The position numbers and the translations under genes were made by a program. From positions 1 through 46,957 of the forward strand of contig JAUCBJ010004499.1 in NCBI GenBank assembly GCA_032718475.1: a stretch of DNA of 46,957 nt. Reading direction: 5' to 3'. This document shows, one piece after another, positions 12,991 to 26,000 of the stretch. The stretch comes from Nemertoderma westbladi. Taxonomy: Eukaryota; Animalia; Xenacoelomorpha. How positions within the stretch are numbered: position 1 is the stretch's first letter; the number at the start of each line of letters is the position of its first letter. The notes beneath the pieces were generated by a model. It made no database searches. It was not told the origin of the DNA and was given only the letters and a program-made list of their open reading frames with translations.

Positions 12991-13929
12991 AAGTCAGCTG
13001 ACGTAGTTTATTAATCAGTTTGGTTGTTCTCGAGACTCGACTGAAGGAGAGTAACACTGACAGAACGAAAACACCAGATAGCAGATAAGGAAGTCTACAA
13101 AAAACTGTTTGTAAAAAAACTTTTATACAAAACCTGTATGCAGAAAAAAATACTTGTACTAAAAAACTGTTTTATACAAAAACTGTTTGTAGAAAAAACT
13201 ATTTGTACAAAAAAACGTTCAGATAATGTCGTTTAAGGCTATGCAAACCTTTTATAAAGGAATCACATGGACTATCTATACAATATGAATTATACATACA
13301 ACCACTGGCGGCGTCAAAGACAGCAATTATTATAACACATACAGTAATAGTACTGATTTAGTAACTGCGGCACACTTTGGTAGCCTCCATTTTATTTCAA
13401 TTATCGTTTCAGATTATGAACTGAGCTTATAATATGATAGTAATTACAATAGAAGCACTGTATAGCTTCGATGTGAGGTCTGTATTGAATTTCTCCCCAT
13501 CCTGACTTTGGGAAGGATTAAAATGCGAAGTGCGGAAGGGTTAAGTGTAAAAAAAAATACTAAAATAACTACTGTAATATCATTACAGTAAATGCCACCA
13601 TGGAATACTACTGTAGATAGCGAAATATGTACGTGTAGTATTAAACAATACAAAAAGGAACGAAAAATTCAATAAATATATCCGTTGCCATGGAAACGAG
13701 CACAATCACCCCGATTTTTTATTAAAAAATTAGACCCGTAAATCGACTTTGAGTGTTCCGTTGTGAGCTTAAAATCCGGCGATATTTTCTCAACATGACT
13801 GCACATTACATACTTAGGCCTACTGTAGTACTACTGTAGGCCTAAATACAATGTAAAACACCATAATGAGTAATGACTACAGTATATGAATAATATAATG
13901 ACAGTATGAATAAATATTATAGTTTCATT

Positions 13930-14300
13930 TTCTGATGACACGAACAAACCCCCCCCCCCCCCCCCCCCCCAACATTTTTTACAAATCTTTATCACATTGC
14001 TTGAAATTTGAAACACAACTAGTTCAACTCGCTGTGGTTGTTACCATGGAGCCGGAATTTTCGATTTTGCCTTTAAATTTTTATATAAGTGGTTTGTGAA
14101 ACCGTACTCTTTGAATCGCGGCCATTTTTCAAATAAGTCGTAATTTATATTATTGGAAAGCTTGCGTTGCGAAATTCCAAATATTTAACACAAAATTTCG
14201 TGGAGAAACAGCTGAGATATAGGCGCTAAAATATTGCAAGAATTATCGTTCGCTAGGGGATAATTATTCCATTTAAATAAATAACATTCTAGAACGTATT
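13930..14300. mobile_element. MITE arm related to the 39783-41877 TIR family
   Basis: A poly-C tract followed by tacaaatctt...ttgc.tgaaatttgaaaca...gagcc.gaatttt..attttgc, as at 39806-39930. Confidence 0.5.
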
Positions 14301-15849
14301 ATTTATCTCATGAGTAGGTGTGCAGTGCTGTAAGAACAGTATGCCCAAGGTGTCCTCAACTATAAACTCCTAAACTGGGTATGCCTATAGGCCAACACCA
14401 TGTTTTAGAATTTAGTGTTGCTGAGTTATGGGCATTTAAATGTTGCAGGTATAAGCTGCTGCTTCCAGTACATGCCATTTATTATTTATATACTACAGTA
14501 CTGTAATTTTGTGGTTATAATACTGTATTGGGCACATCGCACTTCTATAATAACCGGGATTGTTATTTGCATTATCAGTATACTGTAGTTTGTATGAATA
14601 CAGTTTGAAATTAATGGAATATTAGTTGAGTGCGCGGTTTCTCGAGACTGGGTAGGACCAATTATAGAGTTGTCAAACTTAAGCATATGACAAGTATTTA
14701 ATATCAATAAACACAACATTAGCCGAAGCCAGCCTAGTGCGCATCCATTCACCCGCTGGATATACCCAGGAGACTGGATTCGGAGGGCTTAGATTTCTAT
14801 TGCAGTGTAAGCTTACTGTATTATTCGATTGATCGTTAATAAATAATTTCTGACCAATATTATTCACTTTCGGGAAATATTAACAGTTCCTTTAGGACGT
14901 GGCGCTCTATCTAGGTAAACAGAGATATGACTTATACTAAACACAACGGTAAGACGGTAAGGCTTATGATTCACGTATGAGGCGCATTCTTTAGGAAATG
15001 CTTAGTTATCAGCCACAATCATGCACACTACCGGTAACGCACAATACTGCACACTAATCTGCCGACCGTCAATGAATTTTATCATACATAAAGAGAACAG
15101 CAATTGACTCATGTAGTGCCTATCAAATAGCATTAAATTCACTACAAACCACGATAATATAAGTCGCAATCGCTATATGTAACCTGTCTCTCTAACCTGT
15201 AGTGTATCAAGAAAATTGGGAAATTTGGGTTATTTATCGATGTTCTCCAAATAATAATATTCAACCAACTGATACAAATAATGACAACAGTAAAAAGCAT
15301 TAAGACGGTAGGTTAAGATTATAACAATATAAGATTGTACCGCTGCGCTACTGCGCTGATAAGACTGTAAGACTGATAACAGTTATACGCTCTATAATCT
15401 AAGCCTACTAATGTTTCTTCTCAAGTCTGAAACGAATTGACTCCAGAGCCGGTGTTCTTGGCCTAGATAGAAACAACAAAACTATAACACAGAAAACTAT
15501 AAGACTGAACACTCCTAGCACGATCTGTAGAATATCTCCACATCGACAGTAAAATTCGCCCTGATTGGCTGTTAAGCTAAACAAAGAACCATGTGTCCAA
15601 CGGCCGTTTCCATGCCAGCAACCAGCTGTTAGATGTCGTAATCTGAATCATCAAGGCTACACTGTGCTAGAGGATTTGACGCATTGCGGGTTTTGTGCCT
15701 TGCCATGTCCGCCAAAGCACACATATAGAAGAATGACTTTTATGTCCGTTAAAACACCTACAACGGTACTTTGCGGGCAAGGGGACTGATTATATCCGCA
15801 AAAGCTTTTACACAAACGGAGTAACAGCTTTTGTGGGTAGGGGGGCCTA

Positions 15850-16300
15850 TGCATTGCCTGTGTGAGATACATACCTGAGAGTTTGGAATTGATGACTCTC
15901 TTAGTGCTTTCCTCCTCAGGCAAGTCTGTTTCGCCCGGTTAGGTGTAAATGGTTGGAAGGCCCACTATGAAAAGCTCCCCAATAATAATGACAGCGTATT
16001 GTTCGATAACTTTAATGAAGTTGAAGTGTCTGAGTATCTGTACTCCCAGATATTCCCATTGGCGATATCATCTTTGATGAAGTTAAGGCTGCTGCAAAGA
16101 GCATTAAGAGCAAACGTGCCAGTAGAGTAGATGGCGTCCCCGCCCTGAGGTCTTTAAAATACCTGAGTGTTTAAAGCTCATCTATCCCATCATAGTAGAC
16201 ATGTACCGAACAACAAGAGTCCCACAATAAATGGAAACAAATAAGTTTGTGTCAGTTCCCAAAAATGCCAATCTAACATTCTACAGATATTACAGTGTTA
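15850..16300 (+). pseudogene. Decayed non-LTR (RTE-like) RT N-terminal fragment
   Basis: GWKAHYEKL, DEVKAAAKSIKSKRASRVDGVP, EVFK and PKNANLTFYRYY, with frameshifts. Confidence 0.7.
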
Positions 16301-17041
16301 TATGATCGCGTTTCTGTTGCTCATTTAATTATTTTCCTACATCAACAACAGAGATTGGCGCCGGTCTAATTGCATCAGATTTAGATCGGGATTTATCTCT
16401 CCCATTTCCATGGGATTTCGTCACCCATATTGAATCCCTATCAGAGATCAGATGATAGCCATGCTGCAACATGTTACATTGCGAGATTTTAATTCACTGC
16501 TAAGGCAAGGGAACATTCTAAATTCGATTTAATCATTCAGAATAATTCAGATTTAATAGTAATTGATCCTTTTGATTCACAACTTGTGCAGATGATTTTG
16601 CAGTTTTTACATTTTGCAATGATTTGTAGTTCAACCGCTGATATGTTTAAACAGGCAGCAGCGGAAAGATCGCAGATTTCACATCCAAAACAGTTATTAT
16701 TTCCAACCGCTTCTTTTGTAGCAATGTGGACAGGAATTATCTTTAGTGCAATTCAAGGAGTGATTTTCAAATTCAGACTTATCAACGAAAAGTGCGGAAC
16801 ACATACTGTATATCGCAGCTAAACAGCTTAGACATAAGACATATCAATACATTTTGAGGTGGCTGCTTTAGAGTTTTTCCGATCGCCCATATTATAATAA
16901 TTAATACAGTATAATGTGTATAATATACAGTATTTATCATGTATTCTCGCTTATTCTCAAATCTGATTGGCTAAACAATAGGGTGATATAACTGTTTATC
17001 ACAAGTTCGCACTTATTTTTAGAGGTTGATATATTATACAC

Positions 17042-19126
17042 TGTTAAACAAACTACCCCGGCCTAACCAATAAAGACACAAAACTGCTCTATTTATTAGA
17101 CAGGGCAATCAGGAGCGTATTATTGCTAATGTGAGGGGCTGCTAAATACAAAACCGCTACTTACCGTTAGATGGCGCTAACCTGCCGTCCGCTAATATGT
17201 TTTACTAATTTTCTACGGCTCCTGCTAATTTCTTGTTCCTTTCTCTACCAATTACTCGATAGAGAGCTAACTGTTCGAATATATGAGCCACGCGGGAATA
17301 ACCAAAACAACAAACCCGAATCGGCTCCCTAAGCTGACTTAAAACGAGTGTGAGAGGTTTTACACTCAGAGTATATTCTTACACCTAATCTTACTGTTAA
17401 AGTACGCCAATGCCTACGTCTTTTCTAATCGCGAATACTGGGGGTTCCCTAACGGAATGTGTGAATGCGAGAATATTTAAAATAATCAAAGTGGTACAGT
17501 GTTTATTAGGGCTAATACCTATAGTGGGACTAAACTTGTCTGCGGCTGGCTTTAGGCCAGCAAATTACTAATGCGTTTTGCGTACTGAATACTGCTATCT
17601 AGCTTATTGCCCGCTAATTCAAATAACCGCTCAGCGTAAATAGTTTACGGTACTCTAATTATTACCTTAGCTACTCTCCGCTATGCTGCGTACTAATTCT
17701 TAATTTTACTAATTAATTACAGTCACAAATATGTAACAGCCTAAAATACTGTATTACTTTGACCTAATCAGTAATTATTTACAGTAAACTAAGAGATAGA
17801 AATCAATCAAAGGGAAAAGAGCGCCTATCTAAGCATTCGTAATCTTAGGCACACTTTAGTAACACACCAATCAGCGTCAGCAATCACAGCTCGCAATGCG
17901 CGATTCACAATTGTACAATCCGCAATGCACGCAATTAGCAATTACACATTCGCAATACATTATTCGCAATACATGCAATTCGCAATTGTAAAGCACGCAG
18001 ACCTCTCCCGGGTACATCTAGGCTTCCTAACTAACCCAATTCCTGCCCCCCTAATACTAAATAGAGACAAAACCTGGATCATCAGCCCCCTAATTACTGT
18101 ACCAGCGAGCTGCCCCCACGCTACAATGCAAATTGCCCGACCGCAACGGTGACCCCCCGCCAGCGTTGCTCGCCTTTGAATCCTCCGCTCCCTTCGTCGC
18201 TAACCCCCCGATGTGCCCACCGCCCACTGGCGCCTTAGCCCTCCATTATGCTAATAGCTACCGTAGCGGCGCATGCAAATCACAAAGTCTGACAGTCTCA
18301 GAAATCCCTTAGGATTATTGCGCAGAAAGGAATCACATAGAACCATTAATCAAAAGGTAGAAATCATAGTTCCAGTTGTAATTTGCAGTAATCGAAGGAA
18401 TTAATTGAGAAACACAATCAAGAGTAATCGCACTAGCAAATCATTTTGAGATTAATCGAAAAAGCAAATTGCAGAAATACGCTAAAATATCCGTCAAAAT
18501 TGAATAGAGACAGCTCAGCAAGTACAAGGTGATAGCAGATCATGTGAGGTGTCATGTGAGGCTCTACCGGCACACCGCCAATTTATAGGTGATCCGGATG
18601 GGGTGATGCAATAGGGTGACTCAATCGCTCTCCTATTGGCTCTCCAGTCCGTGCTAGCATTAGACCAACCTGGAAGCAGTTAGTCCAATAAGGAGGCCGG
18701 ATTGTAGCCCTATTGCCTGCCCAAACCTCAAATTATTACCATATATGGTAATGGTTCACGTCCCTGGCTGCTGAGTGGCCAGGACAGCGTCCCTATATGC
18801 TAGCCCTATTGATGCTAATATCAGCAAGCACAAAATCCAGGGTCCGAATAAACTCGCTACCCTGGAACTATCTACATATATCCTAATACAAAATTACGTA
18901 GGTAGGGCTACATACTATACAAAATGGATGGATTCAAATATATGGGTGTTTCGATTTCCCTATCTAAATACTACTGCGTTATTATGCCTTATCTAAAATA
19001 TTATGCTGCACAACGGACTAATATTACATACAGTATAACGGACTAATATTGTGTACAGTATAACGGACTAATATATTATACTGCATAATGGCTAATAATG
19101 TGGATACAGCGCCATATACCGTAACA
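17042..19126 (-). repeat. 3' LTR (2085 bp)
   Basis: Matches 32456-34545 except, by eye, three substitutions (17166/32580, 18296/33710, 18855/34274) and one 5-bp indel. Confidence 0.97.
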
Positions 19127-19133
19127 CCGCTCC
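19127..19133 (-). other. Short polypurine-tract candidate (GGAGCGG) abutting the 3' LTR
   Basis: The minus strand reads ...CCCTTGGAGCGG|TGTTAC; it is preceded in the RNA by the hairpin AGGGAAA...TTTCCCT (19134-19158). Confidence 0.5.
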
Positions 19134-19284
19134 AAGGGAAATCATATAATGTTTCCCTCCAATTGTAGAAGAGTATAAGGTGATGTATACAAAACAAAAT
19201 AAATTTCTTCCAACTAATCTAAATACTTGATACTATAAATCCTACTATTTACAAATATTGCTATAGATATTGCATAATGAATCG

Positions 19285-19420
19285 CATACAAATTAAATTT
19301 ACAAAATATTATCTCTCATTGTTAACGATTATTACATACAAATTAAATTTACAAAATATTGTTTCTCGTTCGTACTACATAATGATTACTACATACAAAA
19401 TTAAATTTACAAAATTTTAC
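19285..19420. repeat. ~50-56-bp AT-rich tandem repeat (3 copies) in the element 3' region
   Basis: catacaaa(a)ttaaatttacaaaat at ~19285, 19335 and 19392. Confidence 0.8.
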
Positions 19421-22400
19421 TTCCTTTATTTATTTACAAATTGACGGTCTACCTATTGAAATGGAACATGGCTAGGACAATGTCCCCCATTTCCCATCTC
19501 AAATTAACGATCAACATTAACAAGATAAACTAAATATAAACGTATTTGAGGCTAAATTTTTAACTAAATTGCATTAAAGGCCGATAATCAAATTAAATAT
19601 AAAATACGTAATAATTTCTTTCATTTTCGGACTTTACTTAATTTCTTATAAAAAACGCAAATCACCTTGGTTTGATGATTGCTCAGGTAAGTGATAGGAG
19701 TAAGCCAAACCCGCGGGTTTGTCTCCCCAATCACTTCCTTTGCCTCTTTCAATAAACTTTAGAGCAAATAAAGTCATATACACAAAATCAAATATAGTTA
19801 AAGTATTTACTATTTCCAATCGGACTACAAAATAAAAGTATTTCCTTTCAATATTTTTCGGCCTTCGAAAATAAAATTCTAAAACATGGATACGACTAGT
19901 GTATATGAGTCCAGTCGAATGATTGATCAAAACCTACGATATACATCAGAGCGACGATGATGTATATGTCTAGAGTTTGTCGCTCCGTGATATTATAGTC
20001 TCATCGGCTAGCTCCTGGGTCTCTCGGGCTCGCTCCCCTCTCCAGATACACCAGTCTCGCTTTCGTCCTTCTGGGCTCCTCCCCGAGGCGCACCCACGAG
20101 GCGGACGTGTTTCCACCACCCCTGGGGCCAGTCTGACTGATGTTATTATCAGACCGGGCCGGAGGGTGGCCTGATGCTTCCCGGGTTCTGTTTTCGGTCC
20201 CCCGATCACACCAGCACAGCTCGTCGAACGTGTAGCCAGTCGGGCGGCTACTGTCAACTTACTGTGGCCTGACTGTACATTGAGCCAACTCAGAGAGTCA
20301 ACCGGCAGGTGGACCAGTCGATAGCGATCGAGCACCAAGGTCGCCCTTGGGCCTAACCGACGGTCTTGTCCCATGTGGGCTTGCGCTACCCAACATGGAA
20401 TTTTGACTCGTTTTCACCTGCCTCGCCGGCAGTATTGAAAAGACAATACTGTCTGTAGCTCAAAAGCTACTGAACAAGTAACCACTTACCAGTCACTGTA
20501 CACGTGTACTCAACAGATGTTCACAATATCAAGTACACCAATTGGACACATACCATGCACACACAGAGGACATAATCGGTAAAGACAAAATCGGGGTCAA
20601 AATCGGGAGGGACTAGTTGTATCGATTAGAGAGAACATGAGAGTCGAGAGTACCTTATTTTGCCGTCAGGGCAAAATAACTTTGTGCGCACAAAGTATGC
20701 TGGGGCGCAGTAAAATATGGTCCTACTAATACCAGCGGTGTCTGGGCCAACTGGCAAGGTTTCCCACACTCACTCGCAGTGGCCATACATACAATCACGT
20801 GTACTCACGCACCCACAGCAACAGAAAACTCAAAGGCCCAAACAAATCCCAAAAACCAATCAGCTGAACATGGAGACAATAACATATAGTATCAAAAAAA
20901 CGGAACAGCTGATGGTCAAAAGGAACCCATCCGAGCCCCAAGCAACTGCCACTGATCGCCCACATACAAAACACAATTCACACCACATGACACCACAAAT
21001 CACACCATGCCACCACCCCTACTGTGTACAGGACTGGCAGTACGGCAACATGCCGACTAGACGGTACCACGGCACCATGTCGATTCATGGTTCGCTAGAC
21101 ACGAGGGCCTTCAGTATCTCCCTTGCACTTTGTCTACTGATTTAACGTGCCCCCAGACCCTCACGAGTCTGCCGCCGCCTGTTGGGAGCACCCCTATAGA
21201 GACCTCACCTCTTTAGGTACCCCCTGTAGACTCTGTTGACGGCGTCCTTGAGGCGTCACTTCCCGGAACCGGCGACGACATTCCCTGGGCACTGACTATC
21301 TCCTGACTGGTGCTCCTCCCTCGGCCTCGTCCCATTTGCCGTGTCCCTGTGGGCGCCTCCGCCAACTCCTCTTTCTTCAACTATAGAATGGAGCTGTTCG
21401 TCCTTGGCTTGACGCTTGCCAATGACTCCTCCTTCTGGTACTTGCCGCGAGCTGTGAGCTCCGGCTGTTGTCGCTGTGGGCGCGGCGGTCCTGATCCTCC
21501 ACTCGTTCAGAGGTCAATGACCCCAAACGAGTCTCCTTAGGCCGCCAATTGTGCGCTGGGTAATAAATCTAGACGTATATATCAGAGCGACGATGATATA
21601 TAAAGGATTGGACAGATTCGGGCTTAATAATACGTGCGTCGAAACTTCCCGAAATAATTTGGAGTAAATATCGTATAAACCGTGGATCGTGGGTGTGGTT
21701 AGTAGACGGATGGATGGCGCGAATCTCGTCTGGATACTCAGGCGTGAGTTTCCTCTCCTGGTGAAGTGAAGTAAACGCAGTCCAGGGACTCGAGAGCTCC
21801 AAACCCGCGGGTTTGGTACCCGAGTCCCGCGCCGCTTCGCGCCGCGCCTCTAGATCCTTATAGGCTCGGTACAGCGAAATGGCCGCCGCCGTGTCTATGC
21901 CGTGTCGAACAGGGTTTAATCTCCGTATACGGATCTAATGTCGTAACGGTCGGCGTAATGGGTCTCGGAGGTCGCTTTCCGCTGAAGTCGATACTGATCA
22001 TCGGGTTGCTCATCGGGTAACCTCCCTCGTTATATCTAAGGAATTGGTGAGCTGGACATCGCGTTAATATCGGTTCTGGATGTTGCTCGTCTAGTCGGTC
22101 GGGAATCGTGGGTTTGTATTTCCCATTTAGCTCCATCACCGACCGCCCATGGTAGTAAACGTTCGAGTCTTTACATCCCGGTCGCGCGAATGGTAACTCC
22201 GCCTCCTCTCTGGCAGTAAATCATCTGCGCGGTTGCGCTCTAATATCCTTCTCCATTATGCCCGCGTATACACATATATATCCCAATAAGTGTTCCGTTA
22301 CGCAAACCAATTACACTGTGGGTAATCAGTTAGATGTCGCCGAAGGACAGACTTCCCGAACCCCCCTTCCAGCTGCCTTCCAGCAGTTCAGGTTCGACTC

Positions 22401-23014
22401 TCTAGATCCCGTCTCTTCCTAACTATCCTCTAACCTATTCCCATGCATAGCGCAAAAACTTTGGAGATAAACTGGCCGTGACCAACTCACTTTTTGATGC
22501 CCAAACTACTCCCATTACTCGTACTAAACTACAGTAGTTAGAAAGGACTATAGCCACAATACTCGACTATACCAAACCCACAGGTTTGATAATCGAACAT
22601 CACACATCACTGCAAACTACTGAGTGGGGTCCATGTACGCCTCTGGTGCTACTAACCTTTAGCACTTTAGTTGCACTGTTGGCACCAATCTGTGGAAGTT
22701 GCTAAACTCAATTTACACTCCTACGTAATATAGCCGTCACCATGGTTTCTAAATGCTATTTTCCAGGCTTCACGACTTTTCAAATTACTGTTTATCTATA
22801 GACGAATTCTAAAACGCGTCTATACACAGCGTCTGGAATTGTCTTGGGTTCACTTCTAATTTTTTAAAATTTTCTAATTTTCCAAAATTTTGAAATAAAA
22901 TTTTGTTTTGATACCCACCAGACAAAACTCAACGCAAATCACCACAACCCCGCTCCTATGCATTTCCTTGTATTTGCATACGAGGAATGCATACGAAGTG
23001 AGTTGCGTCCAACA

Positions 23015-26000
23015 CTAATTCTGTTTTGAGGCAGGAGACAAATTATAATCTCCCGTCTCGATACGTGTCTCCTCTAATAACACGATATCTTGGACTGGTC
23101 GGTCCAAGGTGTGTAAACCATTAGTTTTACACTTTTTTGGGTGCGGACACTTGCACCTAATTTTCACAGTGACTGTGCGCACTATGTTTTGCACGTCTGG
23201 GTGTGTGTGCAAGATCACTCCAGTCTCCCAATACTTTCTCTTGACTATCGGTTCGGTTATCAATACGTAATCTCCCTTTTGGAGACTCCGAACCGTTTTG
23301 TACCACTTTGTTCTGGTGGATATGGTGGGAAGATAGTATTCCCGCCAATATTCCCAGAATGTGTACGCGACTAATTGAGTTACCTTCCAGCTTTTACGAC
23401 TATATAGGTCGGCACTAATGGGTTCTGATGCCGGCACAAGAAATGCTGGACTCTGCATTAGCAAATGATTCGGCGTTAATGCAACACCGTCTGGCAACAT
23501 AGCTATCGGCCTCGAGTTTAGGGTATGCTCGATTTCAATGAAAGCTGTGACCAGTTCGTCGTCGGTAAGTTGTTTGTTCACAGGCAACGTCTTGGCAATG
23601 GCCTGCTTCACAGAGCGAACTAAACGCTCCCAACTTCCTCCTCTCCAAGGACTTTCTGGAGTATTAAATCTCCATTCTACTCTTTGCGGCAAAAGTGCTG
23701 CAGAAATTTCCTTATTCTGTGCCGCTTTATGAGCCGCGTTCAACTCGCTATTCCCTCCGACAAAGTTTGTACCCTTATCGGAGTAGAACGCCTTTACTAG
23801 TCCTCTCCTGGCCATAAATCTCTTTAAGGCCAGGAGCAGAGATTTGGTCGACATGTCTGCCACACGCTCAATGTGTATGGCTCTACTAGCCATGCATGTC
23901 AGTAGCAGGCCCCATCGCTTGTGGGTCAGCCGTCCACTCTTTGCCTCAATCGGACCAAAACAATCCACCCCTGTGTTCGTAAAGGGTGGGTCATATGCCT
24001 GCACTCTCGCTTCCGGGAGTTCAGCCATCTCTTGTTCCAATACTCTGGCGTTCACCCTCTTGCAAACCAGACAGGCGTCATACATGGTGCCGACTGCCCT
24101 GCTTGGCTGCAATAGAATGAATCGCTGTCTCGCTGCCGACAAACAGTGTAACTTTCCCGCGTGATGCAACCTCTTATGTATATCCCATAGAATCGCTCTT
24201 TGCAATTCTATTGGGTGACTAGGGATTATCACTGGGAACAGAAACTGTGAGTTTATGTCGACAGTCTGGATTCTCGATCTATGACAAATTAAACCCTTAT
24301 GGATTAATGGACTCCATTTTCTAAGGGGTTTATAGAGAACTGGTCGTTGAGCCGATAATAGATGGAATTCTTTAGGGAAGGCACACATCTGATAATGTTT
24401 CAAATGCTTTAATTCCGCTTGATCAATCTCATCCTCCGTCAGAGGTTGTTTCAATTTCCGAATTCGCTCACTATTGGTGCTCAATGGTTCTCTCAAATGT
24501 TTCGAATATTTTATACAAAGGTACGAAACGTATCGGCTTATCCACGCAGTTCTTTTACAAATTGTCAGCCAAGAGGCAGACGAATTTAGTAATTTGTCAT
24601 AAACACTGCATGACTCTAATGCCAGCGACGGTTGTCCGCTAACTAATGGAAGTTTCGAATCCAAACCCGCAGGTTTGGAAACCAAAGGATCCATTGTGTC
24701 GGTCATTTTCTGTCCGTCACTTACCAACTTTGACTCCGGTTTAGTCTGTAAGGGTGGTTTTACGTCGTAACTTACCCTTCCTGACCTAGTAGTCACGTAA
24801 GTCTGTTGGTCTGACAGGTCTCCGGGCCGCTCCAATGACTCTTCAGGCCGCTCCAATGACTCTTCAGGCCGCTCCAATGACTTAAGTTTGGCTTTAGACT
24901 TTGACTTAGAGACTTTCTCCACCTTGACTTCTGCATCTTCAGGCATCGGATTGGTCACTATCTTTAGTCGCTCTGGCCAATGTTCCTGTGTCCTCGTTAG
25001 AAAATCAGGTCCATGCAACCAAAACTCCTGCGACTCTTCCCGACAGAATTCCGCCGGCATTGCACCTCTCGAAGTTATGTCGGCCGGGTTCAACACTCCC
25101 GGACAATGTCTCCATTGTTCCTTCGTCGAAAAGTCAACGATCTGAGCGCGTCTGTTGGCCACAAATGTCTTTAGTGCAATATTGTCGGCCGCAATGTATA
25201 CTAACACCAAGGATGCGTCCGTCCAATAGAATAAGGTCAATGTCGTGTCTAACTCCTCAGTTATCTGCTTACTTACCTCGACTGAGACTACAGCCGCCTG
25301 TAACTCTGCACGAGGGACAGTCATGTATTTGACCGGCATTGTCTTTGATCTAGAAGTCACAAAGGCCGTCTCAAATTTGTCCTGACTTACCTCTCGGCAA
25401 AGGTAGGCTACCATACCAAAGCCGGTGTCACTTGCGTCACTGAACAAGTGCAGTTCTAAATCAGCTGGGAATACCAGCTGATTCGGAAAGTAGGAACGGG
25501 GTACATCTATATTTTTCAATAGATGTAACTCGGCTTCCCACTCCCTCCACTGCTTTGCATGTATAGGAGATATTGGTTCGTCCCACTCTACGTCGGACAA
25601 CCAAATTTTCCTCATGCACGCTCGTGCCTGTAATATAACCGGACTGATAAAGTTCATCGGGTCAAATAGTCTACTTAATGTCGATAAGCAAATCCTCTTA
25701 GTCAAAACTTTGTCTGGGCTACTGGGCTCAAATCTAACTCTTACCTGGAACTTATCCGTATTCGGATTCCAAGCGAGTCCCAGTACTCGCGCCATGGGGA
25801 TTGGTTCTACCCCCAATTCTATGTCTCCGCTCCCGCGATCCTTTACCGGGAACGATTCTAATAGGGCCTCCGAATTAGTAGTGAACTTGGTCAGAGGAAA
25901 TCCCCCTGTAGCCAAGCACTCTTGCAGGCCGTGAGCCACTTCTATGGCTTGTTCCGCCGTGTCCTTGGACACCAATCCGTCGTCCATATAGAAGTTTCTC

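Noticed and set aside
17925-18152. Identical 75-aa ORFs at 17925 and 33339
   Set aside because: The identity simply reflects the two LTR copies; the ORF runs through the GCAAT array and shows no protein features
19939-19967. Hammerhead ribozyme or C/D-box reading of the twin hairpins
   Set aside because: The cores are CUGAUGU and CUGAUAU rather than CUGAUGA, with no properly placed GAAA or paired C/D boxes
20717-21145. 142-aa antisense ORF as an env or accessory gene
   Set aside because: CA-rich biased composition, no signal peptide or fusion-protein features, and far too short for env
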